Assembly: GCA_903907855.1 (NCBI GenBank)
Contig: CAIVPT010000191.1
Span: 875 to 64,874 of the forward strand
Length of the DNA stretch: 64,000 bases
DNA from: an uncultured Synechococcaceae cyanobacterium
GTDB taxonomy: Bacteria > Cyanobacteriota > Cyanobacteriia > PCC-6307 > Cyanobiaceae
Reading direction: 5' to 3'
Shown: positions 40,755-51,492 of the stretch, piece after piece
How the letters are laid out: each line of letters begins with the position of its first letter
Numbering within the stretch: position 1 is the first letter of the stretch
Position numbers and translations under genes: made by a program
The notes under the pieces: model-generated
Database searches by the model: none
Told to the model about the DNA's origin: nothing
What the model saw: the letters and a program-made list of their open reading frames with translations, nothing else

Positions 40755-41521
40755 GGCGGGGCTTCGCGGTAGCGCTGCTGGTGGCCCTTCTGGGGCCAGC
40801 GGGCGCCACGGCTCGGCCGGCCCCCGCCCCGGCGGTGGCTCCGATTCCCCTGATTCCCCTGCAGGAATCCCAGGGGGGCACCGTGCTGGACCGCAGCCGG
40901 GCGCGGGCCGACTTCCTTCCCCTGGTGGAGCAGTTCGTCACCCAGGCGAACCTGGCCTACTGCGGCGTGGCCAGCGCCGTGATGGCCCTCAACAGCCTGG
41001 CGGTGCCAGCCCCACCGGCCCAGGGCTACGGCACCTACCGCTTCTGGACCCAGGACAACCTGTTCAGCACCGCCGCGGCCCAGGCCACCGTGGCGCCGGA
41101 AACCGTGGCGCGCCGGGGCATGACCCTGGCCCAGCTGGCTGGCCTGCTGGGGCAACCCGGGGTGATGGTGCAGCGCTGGCACGGCGATCAGCTGAGCCTG
41201 CCCCAGCTGCGGGGGCTGCTGCGTCAGAGCCTGGCCGATCCATCCGATCGGCTGCTGGTGAACTACCACCGCTCCGCCCTGGGACAACAGGGGGGCGGCC
41301 ATATCTCCCCCCTGGCCGCCTACGACGAGCGGGGCGACCGGGTGCTGCTGCTCGATGTGGCGCGCTACCGCTACCCGTCGGTGTGGGTGCCCATCCCGGC
41401 GCTGTGGCAGGCGATCCGGATGGTGGATCCGGATTCGGGCCTCAGCCGGGGGCTGGTGCGCCTGCGCTGGAGTGGGGCGGCGCCCCCGCCGCCTGCAGCC
41501 ACGCCTCAATCCGCGCCGTGA
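40751..41521 (+). CDS. Phytochelatin-synthase-like papain-fold protein (prokaryotic half-PCS), secreted
   Basis: Signal peptide [19 protein letters not shown]. Catalytic-triad contexts are [15 protein letters not shown] (Cys), [11 protein letters not shown] (His) and [11 protein letters not shown] (Asp). The ATG overlaps the upstream stop (ATGA). Confidence 0.8.
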   Translation: MRRGFAVALLVALLGPAGATARPAPAPAVAPIPLIPLQESQGGTVLDRSRARADFLPLVEQFVTQANLAYCGVASAVMALNSLAVPAPPAQGYGTYRFWTQDNLFSTAAAQATVAPETVARRGMTLAQLAGLLGQPGVMVQRWHGDQLSLPQLRGLLRQSLADPSDRLLVNYHRSALGQQGGGHISPLAAYDERGDRVLLLDVARYRYPSVWVPIPALWQAIRMVDPDSGLSRGLVRLRWSGAAPPPPAATPQSAP

Positions 41522-42551
41522 AGGCCTCCGGGCTGTGGTGCGCCTCCGCCCAGGCCCGGCAGGCGCGGCGGTCGAGGCGGGCGGCCCGCTCGACCGCCGC
41601 GGCCAGGGCGTCAAGGTCGTCGGGGGGGGCGAGGGCACCGTTGACCCCCTCCTGCACCAGCTCTCCCGGACCGCCTCGGTTGTAGGCCGCCACCGGCACC
41701 CCACAGGCCATCGCCTCCACCACCACGTTGCCGAAGGCCTCGTTCCAGCGCGGGGTGTTCAGGAACACCCGGCAGCGGCCGAGCCCCTCCTGCAGACGCT
41801 CGGTGGGCTGGAAGCCGCACCACTCGATCGTGCCGGGGGGTACGGCCCGCTCCACCGCCTCGGCGTAGGACCCGTTCTCCCGCAGACCCCACACCCGCAG
41901 CGGCAGGCCGAGGCGGGCGGCCACCCGGGCGGCATCCTCCAGACCCTTCTCCGGGGAGATCCGGCCGGCCCAGCCCAGGGCTGGCTCCACCTGGTCGGGG
42001 GCGGGGGGGTGGTAGCGGCTGAGATCAAAGCCGTTGCCCACCAGCCGCGGTGGCGCCGCCAGGCGGAAATCGGCCGCCTGGGCAGCGGTGTGGAAGGCCA
42101 GGCGGTCGGGATGCCAGGCGGAAACGGCCTCGATCGCCTCATCCATCACCTGGGCCACCGATCCCATGCTCACCAGATGGCAGAGCGGCGTGGCGAGAAA
42201 CGGGGTGAGCCAGAAGGGCAGCCAGTCGTAGGCGAGGTTGAGGATGCGGTCGAACGCCCCCTGCTGCTCCAGGGCCCGGCGCCAGAAGCGGGGCAGCAGG
42301 GCACCGGCTGGAATCGCCACGGCGGTGTCACGGGGGCAGTGCTGCCAGCTGGGCTGGTCGACCCCCGGCTCCTCCCACAGGCTGGCGGCAGCGCAGGCGG
42401 GGGGCAGCAGCGATCCCTCCGCCGCCAACACGGTCACCTCGTGGCCGCAGCGCAACAGGCCGGCCACGATCATCCCGGCGGTGTGCTCCACTCCACCGCC
42501 CCGGCCACTGCCGAGGTGGCCCACCGGCGTGCTCACCACCAGCACCCTCAT
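41442..42551 (-). CDS. Glycosyltransferase, GT-B (family 4-like)
   Basis: MRVLVVSTP...GGGVEHTAG..., and C-terminal FLNTPRWNEAFGNVVVEAMACGVPVAA (E-x7-E region). Confidence 0.8.
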   Translation of the reverse strand: MRVLVVSTPVGHLGSGRGGGVEHTAGMIVAGLLRCGHEVTVLAAEGSLLPPACAAASLWEEPGVDQPSWQHCPRDTAVAIPAGALLPRFWRRALEQQGAFDRILNLAYDWLPFWLTPFLATPLCHLVSMGSVAQVMDEAIEAVSAWHPDRLAFHTAAQAADFRLAAPPRLVGNGFDLSRYHPPAPDQVEPALGWAGRISPEKGLEDAARVAARLGLPLRVWGLRENGSYAEAVERAVPPGTIEWCGFQPTERLQEGLGRCRVFLNTPRWNEAFGNVVVEAMACGVPVAAYNRGGPGELVQEGVNGALAPPDDLDALAAAVERAARLDRRACRAWAEAHHSPEAFTARIEAWLQAAGAPPHSSAGAPAPG

Positions 42552-42619
42552 CCCGTGCCCCCGCGCTGGGCTCCAGCATGGCAGCCGCGTAGCGTGCCCC
42601 CTGCCGTCCCGATCCTCCT

Positions 42620-43378
42620 TTGACTGTCCCGGCGTCCCCCCCGGCCCTGACGGTGGAGCGTTTCCTGGCGGATGGCTTCGATCTGCGAACCCAGCTGGCG
42701 GGATTCCTGGCGATCAGCCCGGCCGAACTGGAGGAGCAACTGCCGCGAAGCACGGCCGACCTGGCGGGGCTCCATCCCGGCGCCTTCGACCCGGAGCAGG
42801 CCGGCGCCTTCTACGAGGAAACGGTGGGCGATGGCCACCTGCTGGAGCTGGCGGCCTGGCACCTGGGCAGCGCCGGCTACATCGCCGACACCCTGCGGTT
42901 GCAGGAGCACTTTGCCCGCGGCCATGTGCTCGACTTCGGCGGCGGCATCGGCAGCCACGCCCTGGCGGCGGCGGCGCTGCCCGGGGTGGAGCGGGTGTGG
43001 TTCGTGGATCTCAACCCCCGCAACCGGGCCTTCGTGCAGGGGCGGGCGGAACAGCTGGGGCTGACAGAACGGCTGAGCTGCCACCGCGACCTCGACGATC
43101 CGGCCCTGCCGCCCCGTTTCGACACCCTTGTCTGCCTGGACGTGCTGGAGCACCTGAGCGATCCGGCGGGCCAATTGGAGATTTTCGCCGGCCGACTGAC
43201 CCCGGAGAGTCACGCCTTGCTGAACTGGTATTTCTTCCAGGGCTTCGCGGGGGAATACCCCTTCCACTTCGACGATCCCGCCATGGTGGAGCGCTTTTTC
43301 CGCACGCTGCAGAGCCGCTTTCTGGAGGTGTTCCACCCCTGGTTGATCACCACCCGCTGCTATCGCCCCCTGGCCTAG
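42620..43378 (+). CDS. Class I SAM-dependent methyltransferase
   Basis: Motif I VLDFGGGIGSHAL, and post-I VWFVDLN...DTLVCLDVLEHL. The start is TTG. Confidence 0.75.
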   Translation: MTVPASPPALTVERFLADGFDLRTQLAGFLAISPAELEEQLPRSTADLAGLHPGAFDPEQAGAFYEETVGDGHLLELAAWHLGSAGYIADTLRLQEHFARGHVLDFGGGIGSHALAAAALPGVERVWFVDLNPRNRAFVQGRAEQLGLTERLSCHRDLDDPALPPRFDTLVCLDVLEHLSDPAGQLEIFAGRLTPESHALLNWYFFQGFAGEYPFHFDDPAMVERFFRTLQSRFLEVFHPWLITTRCYRPLA

Positions 43379-44844
43379 CTGCAGGCCATGCCGGCGGGCT
43401 CCAGCATCAGCTTGCTGCGCTTCAACTCCTCGTCCATCTCGATCGGGTAGTTGCCGTCGAAGCAGGCGGTGCAGAAATCGCCGGAGTGGGTGTGGGCAGC
43501 CTCCACCATGCCCTCCTTGCTGAGGTAGGCGAGCGAATCAACCCCCAGGTGCCGCACGATTTCGGCCAGGCTCAGGCGGGCGGCGATCAGGTGGTCCTGG
43601 GTGTCGGTGTCGATGCCGTAGAAGCAGGGGTGGGTGACCGGGGGCGAACTGATGCGCATGTGCACCTCGGTGGCGCCCGCATCACGCAGGGCCTGCACCA
43701 GCTTGCGGCTGGTGGTGCCACGCACGATCGAGTCGTCGATCACCACCACCCGCTTGCCCGCCAGCACATCCGGGAGGGGGTTGAGCTTGACGCGGATGCC
43801 CGCCTCCCGCATCGCCTGCGTGGGCTGGATGAAGGTGCGACCCACGTAGCGGTTCTTGATCAGGCCATCGCCGAAGGGGATGCCGCTGACGCCCGCATAG
43901 CCGATGGCGGCGGGGATGCCGGAATCGGGCACGCCGATGACGATGTCAGCCGCCACGTGGGTTTCGCGGGCCAACACCTCGCCGATGCGCACCCGATAGC
44001 TGTAGAGCGACTCGCCGAAGAAGCGGCTGTCGGGGCGGGCGAAGTAGATCATCTCGAAGACGCACAGCTTGGCCGGCTCCTCGATCCATCGCTGCCGCAG
44101 CGGCTCGCTCTGGCCCTGGCGGAAGTGCACCAGCTCGCCGGGGGCCACGTCGTCGTCATAGGCGGCGCCGATGATGTCGAGCCCGCAGCTTTCGCTGCTC
44201 GCCACCCACTGGGCCTGCTCCCGCTCGCCGAGGTGGCCGAACACCAGGGGGCGGATGCCATGGCCGTCGCGCAGGGCGAACAGGCCGGCGGGGGTACCGA
44301 TCACCAGGCTGAAGGCACCGCGGCAGCGGGCGGCGGCGCTGCGGATGGCGGCGCTCCAGTCGTTGCCGGCCTCCACAGCCTCCTGGAGGGCGAAGGCGAT
44401 CAGCTCGGAATCGGTGGTGGAGGTGAACTCGCCGGAGAGGTGATCGAGGGAGGTGCGCAGCTCGGCGGCATTCACCAGGTTGCCGTTGTGGGCGAGGGCG
44501 AAGGGGCCGAGGCGGGTCATCAACACCACCGGCTGGGCGTTGCACACCCGGCTGCTGCCAGTGGTGGAGTAACGGTTGTGGCCGATCGCCAGCTCGCCGG
44601 GCATGCGGGCCAGCACGTCATGGTCGAACACCTGGCTCACCAGGCCCATGTCCTTGTGCAGGCGAACCTGCGCGTCCTCGAACACGGCGATGCCGGCGGA
44701 TTCCTGGCCGCGGTGCTGGAGGGCGTAGAGGCCGAAGTAGGCGAGGTTGGCAACGGCCTGACCCGGGGCCATCACGGCGAAGATGCCACAGGCCTCCTCC
44801 GGCTTGTCCGGCCGGTCGGCGTTCACAGGGGGAGCCGGAGGCAC
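43375..44844 (-). CDS. purF: Amidophosphoribosyltransferase
   Basis: Propeptide then CGIFAV nucleophile. PRPP loop VVVIDDSIVRGTTS. Fe-S cysteines lie near the C-terminus. Confidence 0.95.
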   Translation of the reverse strand: MPPAPPVNADRPDKPEEACGIFAVMAPGQAVANLAYFGLYALQHRGQESAGIAVFEDAQVRLHKDMGLVSQVFDHDVLARMPGELAIGHNRYSTTGSSRVCNAQPVVLMTRLGPFALAHNGNLVNAAELRTSLDHLSGEFTSTTDSELIAFALQEAVEAGNDWSAAIRSAAARCRGAFSLVIGTPAGLFALRDGHGIRPLVFGHLGEREQAQWVASSESCGLDIIGAAYDDDVAPGELVHFRQGQSEPLRQRWIEEPAKLCVFEMIYFARPDSRFFGESLYSYRVRIGEVLARETHVAADIVIGVPDSGIPAAIGYAGVSGIPFGDGLIKNRYVGRTFIQPTQAMREAGIRVKLNPLPDVLAGKRVVVIDDSIVRGTTSRKLVQALRDAGATEVHMRISSPPVTHPCFYGIDTDTQDHLIAARLSLAEIVRHLGVDSLAYLSKEGMVEAAHTHSGDFCTACFDGNYPIEMDEELKRSKLMLEPAGMACS

Positions 44845-44893
44845 GGCGGCGGGGCGGACGGGCAGCCGGCATCCTGGCGCATCGCCGGCGACC

Positions 44894-47281
44894 TCAATGC
44901 TCGGGCGGGGGGGCGGCCTGCCGCAGGCGCCGGGGAATGGCCTGCTCGTAGCCGCTGCGCATCACGGCCACCGGGAGCTGCAGTACGGGAGCGTCACCGC
45001 GCTGGATCGTGAGCGCGGGATCGGCCGCCACCATCCCCAGCCGCTGCGCCGGCACCGCGTCGCCGGCCTGGTCGAGGGCGCTCGCCCAGGAATCGGCTCG
45101 CTCGGTGGGAACGCTGACCAGAACCCGGGCGCCACCCTCGGCAAACAGCAGCCGGTCGAGGCGGGCGTCACCGGCGGGCAGCTCCAGGTGGGCGCCCAGG
45201 CCCGCGGCGATGGAGGATTCGGCCGCCGCCACCGCCAGGCCGCCGTCGCTGAGATCGTGGGCGGAGGCCACCAGGCCTGCCGTGATCGCCTGGCGTAGGA
45301 AGGCCTGCACGGCGCTCTCGAGGGCCAGATCCACCACGGGCGGGCGGCCGGTGAGCTGGCCGTGCACCACCTCCAGATAGCTGGTGGCCGCCAGAGAAAG
45401 GCGCGGGTCAGCGGGCTGATTGCCGGCCTCCAGGGGCACCCCCAGCAACCAGATGGCATCGCCGGGGCTGCGCCAGGCCAGGCCGGTGACCTGCCCCAGA
45501 TCCTGCACCAGCCCCACCATCCCCACCACCGGGGTGGGATGGATCGGCTGCAGGGAGCCATCGGCCAGGCGGCTCTCGTTGTAGAGGGACACGTTGCCAC
45601 CGGTGACGGGGGTGGCCAGGGCGCGGCAGGCCTCCGCCAGGCCGCGGCAGGCCATCGCCAGCTGCCAGTAGCCGGTGGGGGTGTCCGGCGAGGGGAAGTT
45701 GAGGTTGTCGGTGACGGCCAGGGGTTCGGCCCCCACGCAGCTGAGGTTGCGGGCGGCCTCCGCCACCGCCGCCATGCCCCCGCGCTCGGGGTCGAGGGCC
45801 ACCCAGCGGTTCGGGCAATCCACCACCGCTGCCACGCCGCGGGCGGTGGGCCGCAGGGCGGCTTCGCCCCGCTGGGGCCGCAACCGCACCACCGCGGCAT
45901 CGGCGCCGCCGGGGGGCACGACCGTGTTGGCCTGCACCTGGTGGTCGTACTGGCGCCACACCCAGCGCTTGCTGGCGATGGTGGGGTCGTCGAGGAGGCG
46001 GAGCAGGGCATCGCCCCAGGACAGGGATCCATCCGCCAGGGCCACGCCTGCACCATCGGCGGGGGGGAGCTGCTGCTCACTCCAGCGCCAGTGGGCCTGG
46101 ATCGCCTCCGGCGGCTCGGCCAGCAGGGTGTGGTGGTTGATCGGCGTGTCCTCCGCCAGGGCCCGGGCGGGCACCTCGGCGGCCACGGCACCGTGCTGGA
46201 GCACCCGCACGACGCTCTCCTCCAGCACCCGGCCCACCACGGCCGCCTGCAGGCCCCAGCGGCGGAAGCGGGCCATCAGGGCCTCCACGCGGCCCGGGTG
46301 CACCACGAAGAGCATCCGCTCCTGCGACTCGCTGAGGAGGAATTCGTAGGCGGTCATGCCGCTCTCCCGGGCCGGCACCCGGTCGAGGTCGAGCTCCACC
46401 CCCACCCCCCCCTTGGCGGCCATCTCAGCGCAGCTGCAGGTGAGGCCCGCGGCGCCCATGTCCTGGGCGGCCACCACATCACCGCTCTGGAAGGCCTCCA
46501 GGCAGGCCTCGATCAGCCCCTTCTCCAGGAAGGGATCCCCCACCTGCACGGCCGGACGGTCATCGAGGGAGGCCTCGCTCAGCTCGGCGCTGGCGAAGCT
46601 GGCGCCACCCATGCCATCGCGGCCGGTGGTGCTGCCCACGTACACCACCGGATAGCCGATGCCGCTGGCGCCGGCCCGCACGATGTCGTCGACTTCCATC
46701 AGCCCGAGGGCCATGGCATTCACCAGCGGGTTGCCGGAGTAGCTGGGGTCGAAGGCCACCTCGCCGCCCACCGTCGGCACGCCGACGCAATTGCCGTAAT
46801 GGGCGATGCCGGCCACCACACCCTCCATGAGGCCCACGTTGCGCGGCTCCTCAAGGGGCCCGAAGCGCAGGGCGTTGAGCAGGGCGATGGGCCGGGCCCC
46901 CATCGTGAAGATGTCGCGCAGGATGCCGCCCACGCCGGTGGCCGCCCCCTGGAAGGGCTCCACGGCGGAGGGGTGGTTGTGGCTCTCGATCTTGAAGGCC
47001 AGCCGCTGGCCCTCCCCCAGATCCACCACGCCGGCGTTCTCACCCGGGCCCACCAGGATGCGCGGTCCGCTGGTGGGGAAGCCGGCCAACAGCGGCCGCG
47101 AATTGCGATAGCAGCAGTGCTCCGACCACATCACCCCGAACATGCCGAGCTCGGCCCGGTTGGGGGTGCGGCCGAGGCGTCGCACGATCTCGGCGTAATC
47201 GGCCTCGCTCAGACCCTCCTTGCGCAACGCCTGGCGCACCTCATCGGTGAGGGGACCGGCGGGGGCGGAGGAGGCGACCAC
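44894..47281 (-). CDS. purL: Phosphoribosylformylglycinamidine synthase subunit PurL
   Basis: [13 protein letters not shown] and [28 protein letters not shown] at 47281 avoids overlapping the upstream gene. The track ORF extends to 47398. Confidence 0.9.
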   Translation of the reverse strand: MVASSAPAGPLTDEVRQALRKEGLSEADYAEIVRRLGRTPNRAELGMFGVMWSEHCCYRNSRPLLAGFPTSGPRILVGPGENAGVVDLGEGQRLAFKIESHNHPSAVEPFQGAATGVGGILRDIFTMGARPIALLNALRFGPLEEPRNVGLMEGVVAGIAHYGNCVGVPTVGGEVAFDPSYSGNPLVNAMALGLMEVDDIVRAGASGIGYPVVYVGSTTGRDGMGGASFASAELSEASLDDRPAVQVGDPFLEKGLIEACLEAFQSGDVVAAQDMGAAGLTCSCAEMAAKGGVGVELDLDRVPARESGMTAYEFLLSESQERMLFVVHPGRVEALMARFRRWGLQAAVVGRVLEESVVRVLQHGAVAAEVPARALAEDTPINHHTLLAEPPEAIQAHWRWSEQQLPPADGAGVALADGSLSWGDALLRLLDDPTIASKRWVWRQYDHQVQANTVVPPGGADAAVVRLRPQRGEAALRPTARGVAAVVDCPNRWVALDPERGGMAAVAEAARNLSCVGAEPLAVTDNLNFPSPDTPTGYWQLAMACRGLAEACRALATPVTGGNVSLYNESRLADGSLQPIHPTPVVGMVGLVQDLGQVTGLAWRSPGDAIWLLGVPLEAGNQPADPRLSLAATSYLEVVHGQLTGRPPVVDLALESAVQAFLRQAITAGLVASAHDLSDGGLAVAAAESSIAAGLGAHLELPAGDARLDRLLFAEGGARVLVSVPTERADSWASALDQAGDAVPAQRLGMVAADPALTIQRGDAPVLQLPVAVMRSGYEQAIPRRLRQAAPPPEH

Positions 47282-47309
47282 GGCGCGACGACGGCGATTC
47301 GCTCCAGTA

Positions 47310-48122
47310 TCAGATCCAGGGGTCGTCGTCGCGGGGTTCGCCGCGTCGGGGCCGGGACTGGGGCGAACGGGGAGGCGGCTGGGCGGCGGCGGGCCCATCC
47401 CAGCCGTCTCCGTCCCAGTCGTCGAGGGGATCGGAGCCCTGGCGCGGGGAGCGCGGGTCCCGAGGGTCCGGGGACTCGTCCCAGGGCGGCTCCTCCAGCC
47501 AGCCCTCCAGGCGATCCTCCAGCCGACCGCCGGCCTGCTGCAACTGGTCCCGCAGACGGGTCGTCTCCTCCTCCACCTGATCGCGCCAGCGGCGGGAGCG
47601 GCGCAGCAGCTCCTGGCGCACGCTGGCGCGGGCGAGGGGCAGGTCGTCGAGGCCCTCGAGGGCGGTGATCACCTGGCCGGGTTGCTGGTCAACGATGCGA
47701 TCGGGGCTGAGGCGCCAGCGGCTGCCGCCGGGCAGGCGGGGGTCGCTGCGGGACACCAGGTAGTGGCGGATGCGGCCGCTGCGCAGCTCCACCGCGGCGT
47801 CGGCGATGGTGCCCAGGGGACGGCCACCGGCACCGCTGAGGGCCGCCTCCAGCAAGGTGGGCAGGCGGCCGAGGGTGACCGGGTCGGTCTCGGCGGGGTC
47901 GCCGACCACGAAGAGCTCCTGGTCGTCGAGGCCACGCAGCTGGTTGAGGCGCCAGACCAGCCGGCGCTGCGTGAAGGCGGAGGGGCGGCTCACCCAACCG
48001 AGCAACCGGTGCACCGGGGGATGCATCCAGCCCACTACACCGGAGCCATGCTCCAATCCCCGCTCGCAGCGCACACGCCGCCGCAGCAGGTCGCTCAGCA
48101 GCAGCTGCTCAGGAAGGGACAA
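47310..48122 (-). CDS. PRC-barrel-like conserved protein
   Basis: Two G..lG.v.D..v....G.i..ylV-type segments ([17 protein letters not shown]; [23 protein letters not shown]), then an acidic Pro/Asp/Trp tail. The start is TTG at 48122. Confidence 0.6.
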   Translation of the reverse strand: MSLPEQLLLSDLLRRRVRCERGLEHGSGVVGWMHPPVHRLLGWVSRPSAFTQRRLVWRLNQLRGLDDQELFVVGDPAETDPVTLGRLPTLLEAALSGAGGRPLGTIADAAVELRSGRIRHYLVSRSDPRLPGGSRWRLSPDRIVDQQPGQVITALEGLDDLPLARASVRQELLRRSRRWRDQVEEETTRLRDQLQQAGGRLEDRLEGWLEEPPWDESPDPRDPRSPRQGSDPLDDWDGDGWDGPAAAQPPPRSPQSRPRRGEPRDDDPWI

Positions 48123-48126
48123 GCGC

Positions 48127-49278
48127 TCAGGAGCGGATCTGGACCGGCATCACCAGATAGGTGAAGGCCCCATCTTCGCCGAGGGGGACGAGCACCGCCG
48201 GGGTGGTTGGTCCGTTGCAACGCAGCTCCACCTCCTCGGCCGCCATCGCCTTGAGCCCATCGAGCAGGTAGCGGACGTTGAAGGCGATCTCGATCGCCTC
48301 CCCCTCCACGCTGGCCGCCAGATCCTCCGAACCGCTGCCCACGTCCTGGGCGTCGGCCCGCAGCACCACCCGACCGGTGGTGGGATCGCTGGTCAGCTTG
48401 ACGACGTTGTTGTGCTGATCGGCGAGCACCGCCACCCGCTCGAGGGAGGCGGCAAAGGCGCGGCGGTTGAGGCGCAGATGGCGGCCGAACTCCTGGGGGA
48501 TCAGCTGGCCGTAGTTGGGGTAGGTGCCGTCGAGGCTGCGGGTGGTGAGCACCTGGTCGGCCCAGAGGACCACCACCTGCCCCCGTTCGCAGAACAGGCT
48601 GAGGGGCTCCTGGGAGGGGCGACCGGAGAGCAGGCGCTCGAGCTCGCGCAGGGAGCGGGACGGCACAGTAACGGCGAAGGGTTCGCCCCCGGCCTCGGCG
48701 GCGCCCTCCTCCAGGGCGTGGGGCAACTGCTGCACGGCCAGGCGGTGGCCATCGGTGGCGGCACATTCGAGCCGCTCGCCCTCCAGCTGCAGGTGCACGC
48801 CGGTAAGAATCTGCTTGGCCTCATCGCCGCTGCTGGCGAACAGGGTGGCCCGCAGGCCGCGCACCAGGGCCTCGGCGTCCAGGCGGATCGGGTGGCCGCT
48901 CTGGGCAAGGGGCAGATCGGGAAAATCCTCGGCGGGCATCCCGCGCATCTGGTAGCTGCCCGAGAGGCTGCTGATCTCCACCTGCTCGCCGCCCTCCTCG
49001 CAGGAGAGGGTGATCGGGCTGTCGGACGGCAGGCGGCTGACGATTTCGCTGAAGAGGCGCGCAGGCAGGGTGATGGCGCCGCTGCCCTCCACGGAGGCCG
49101 GCAGGCTGGTCTGGATGCCCAGGCTGAGGTCGTAACCGGTGAGGCTCAGGCGGCCGGTGGCGGCATCGGCGGTGAGCAGCACGTTGGCGAGCACCGGGTG
49201 GGTGGGGCGGCCGGCCACGGCTCGGCTGACCAACTGGAGGCTGGCGTTGAGTTCAGCCTGGGAACAGACCAGCTTCAT
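48127..49278 (-). CDS. dnaN: DNA polymerase III beta sliding clamp
   Basis: MKLVCSQAELNASLQLVSRAVAGRPTHPVLANVLL...ATDGHRLAV...YLVMPVQIRS. ATG at 49278 was verified. The track merges this gene into an 874-aa read-through ORF. Confidence 0.95.
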   Translation of the reverse strand: MKLVCSQAELNASLQLVSRAVAGRPTHPVLANVLLTADAATGRLSLTGYDLSLGIQTSLPASVEGSGAITLPARLFSEIVSRLPSDSPITLSCEEGGEQVEISSLSGSYQMRGMPAEDFPDLPLAQSGHPIRLDAEALVRGLRATLFASSGDEAKQILTGVHLQLEGERLECAATDGHRLAVQQLPHALEEGAAEAGGEPFAVTVPSRSLRELERLLSGRPSQEPLSLFCERGQVVVLWADQVLTTRSLDGTYPNYGQLIPQEFGRHLRLNRRAFAASLERVAVLADQHNNVVKLTSDPTTGRVVLRADAQDVGSGSEDLAASVEGEAIEIAFNVRYLLDGLKAMAAEEVELRCNGPTTPAVLVPLGEDGAFTYLVMPVQIRS

Positions 49279-49700
49279 GGGAGGGGGAGACCGGGGTGGC
49301 GACGATCGAACGGGCGGGCCCACGGTTTCACACGGCGTGCCAAAGCGCAACGTTGGCGTCCTGGCTTGCCGGCTTTGCCCAGGGTTTTCCCCGCCCCTGT
49401 CTTTGAAGAAGAGATCAGGATTTTTAAGAAGAAAACCAAAGCCGTCGTAGAAGGGGCCGGGGAAAACGGGGGAATCGCTGCAAATCCCTTGCGAGCACTG
49501 GCTTGGCAAGCCCCAGCCCCTGGGGAATGGTGCGCCGAACCAGCCATAAAGCAGGACTTTTCCACCGTTTCCAGCCCCTGTGGAAATCCTCCGTCGGGGC
49601 GAGTGCCGATTCCTCCCCGTCGATCCCCTGTCCGTCGCGTCTGTTTCCCCAGGTTTTCCCACGGCCGGTTTGTCCGCCGGTTGACCTGATCGGCGACGGA
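49279..49700. other. Candidate oriC (DnaA-box-like cluster plus AT-rich stretch)
   Basis: TTTTCCACC 49558-49566; TGTGGAAAT 49579-49587; TTTTCCCAC 49654-49662; TGTTTCCCC 49642-49650. TTTTCCCCG at 49385-49393 has its exact reverse complement at 49458-49466. The stretch 49401-49440 has only 11/40 G+C. Confidence 0.6.
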
Positions 49701-50759
49701 TCAGAAGCCCATCACGCGCGCCACGATGTCGGTGTCGGGTTCCAGCCCCGTGTGGAACGTCGAGTCGTTGTGCTCGATCGCCGTGGCCGGATCCTTGAGG
49801 CCGTTGCCGGTGAGCACACAGACCACCGTGGCCCCGGCCGGCACCTCCTCGCGGCGCTTCAGCAGGCCGGCCACCGAGGCGGCGCTCGCCGGCTCGCAGA
49901 ACACCCCCTCGCCCCTGCCCAGCAGCTTGTAGGCCTCCAGGATTTCCGCGTCGGTCACGGCCATGAAGGAGCCCTGGCTCTCGCGCTGGGCCCGCAGGGC
50001 GTTGTCCCGGTTCACCGGGTTGCCGATGCGGATGGCGGTGGCGATGGTGTCGGGTTGGTCCACCGGGTGGCCCAGCACCATCGGCGCGGCGCCGGCGGCC
50101 TGGAAGCCCATCATCCGCGGCAGGCGGGCGCTGTGGCCGGCGGCCCGGTACTCCTGGAAGCCCATCCAGTAGGCGCTGATGTTGCCCGCATTGCCCACCG
50201 GGATGCACAGCCAGTCGGGGGCATCGCCGAGGGCATCGACCACCTCGAAGGCGGCCGTTTTCTGTCCCTGCAACCGATAGGGATTGACCGAATTCACCAG
50301 GGTGACGGGGTAGCGATCCGCCACCTCCCGCACGATCGCCAGCGCCCGATCGAAGTTCCCCTTCACCGCCAGCACCTCGGCGCCGTAGAGCAATGCCTGG
50401 GCCAGCTTTCCTTGGGCTACGTAGCCGTCGGGGATCAGCACGAAGGCCCGCATGCCCCCCCGGCGGGCGTAGGCGGCGGCTGCGGCGGAGGTGTTGCCGG
50501 TGCTGGCGCAGATCACGGCCTCCGAGCCCTCTTCCCGCGCCTTGCTGATGGCCATCGTCATGCCCCGGTCCTTGAAGGAGCCGGTGGGGTTGAGGCCGTC
50601 GTATTTGAGGAACACCTTCACGCCCCGACCCACGCGCTCGCCGATCACCGGCGCCGGGATCAGCGGGGTGGCCCCCTCCCGCAGGGTGATTACCGGAGTG
50701 GCTGCGCTCACCGGCAGCCAGGATCGGTAGGCCTCGATCAGGCCGGGCCAATCCTGCAT
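49701..50759 (-). CDS. thrC: Threonine synthase
   Basis: PLP lysine context [14 protein letters not shown] at 50759 ([11 protein letters not shown]) was verified. Confidence 0.95.
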   Translation of the reverse strand: MQDWPGLIEAYRSWLPVSAATPVITLREGATPLIPAPVIGERVGRGVKVFLKYDGLNPTGSFKDRGMTMAISKAREEGSEAVICASTGNTSAAAAAYARRGGMRAFVLIPDGYVAQGKLAQALLYGAEVLAVKGNFDRALAIVREVADRYPVTLVNSVNPYRLQGQKTAAFEVVDALGDAPDWLCIPVGNAGNISAYWMGFQEYRAAGHSARLPRMMGFQAAGAAPMVLGHPVDQPDTIATAIRIGNPVNRDNALRAQRESQGSFMAVTDAEILEAYKLLGRGEGVFCEPASAASVAGLLKRREEVPAGATVVCVLTGNGLKDPATAIEHNDSTFHTGLEPDTDIVARVMGF

Positions 50760-50850
50760 CGTGGCGCGCGGGCCCCCGAGACGCCGCAGGACTTGGAGCA
50801 CGGGCAGACGGGGGTGGGACTGTCGAAGAAGAATGTACGCCTTGGCTGGT

Positions 50851-51462
50851 TCAGGGCGCGGGGGTGGCTGCGGCGTTCGGAACGGCCGGAGCGGGATCGG
50901 GCTCGCGGCTGCCCAGCTCCAGGGGCGATTCCGAGAAGAAGCGCACCAGATCGGCCACGGAGCTGGCCTTTTGCATCAGTGACAGAAGGGCCGGCAGGCT
51001 CACCGCCATCTCTTGGCTCGGGTAGGCCCTCAGGAAGGAGAGGGGCGAGAGGGAGCCGCCGTTGTCGGCGATGCCGAGCACCACGGCCGATCGCAGGGCC
51101 GGCAGACCCACCTGGCGGGCGTTGAGGGGGAAGGCGATGCTGCTGATGCGCTCCAGGATCCGCTCGCCGATGCTCGTGTTGAGGAGCCGGCTCACGGTGA
51201 CCACGGGAAGGTTGAGGGAGGCCTTCAGCAGCCGCGCCACCTCTTCCGGATCCTGCCGGCCGAAGCGCATCACGTCGCCCAGCAGGCCGCGCGCCTGGCC
51301 GGTGGCGGCCAGATGCTCCAGATCCGCCACCGGGATCGAGCGCCGGAAGGCGCCGCTGATGAACACGATGTTTTCCGCCGCCAGGGCTGCCGGGGAAGCG
51401 GTGGCCAGGCCCAGGCCCAGCGTTGCCGCCAGGAAACGTTGCCGGGTGCGCAGGGAGGTCAC
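50851..51462 (-). CDS. DUF1400-like secreted protein
   Basis: Signal peptide, then [38 protein letters not shown]. This resembles the DUF1400 module found N-terminal to cyanobacterial hydrolases. Confidence 0.6.
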   Translation of the reverse strand: MTSLRTRQRFLAATLGLGLATASPAALAAENIVFISGAFRRSIPVADLEHLAATGQARGLLGDVMRFGRQDPEEVARLLKASLNLPVVTVSRLLNTSIGERILERISSIAFPLNARQVGLPALRSAVVLGIADNGGSLSPLSFLRAYPSQEMAVSLPALLSLMQKASSVADLVRFFSESPLELGSREPDPAPAVPNAAATPAP

Positions 51463-51492
51463 CAGCCAGGCCTCACGGAGTGATTCCTGACT

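Noticed and set aside
42238-47668. Plus-strand ORFs 42238..45012 (924 aa) and 45362..47668 (768 aa)
   Set aside because: They are antisense to purF and purL (and out of frame over the methyltransferase gene). The purF and purL motifs on the minus strand are decisive.
48127-50751. 874-aa minus-strand ORF in the track
   Set aside because: Only its C-terminal 383 codons (from ATG 49278) are dnaN. Upstream, the frame merely stays open through the non-coding spacer and out of frame across thrC, with Gly/Arg/Pro-rich nonsense. This is a GC-driven read-through artefact.
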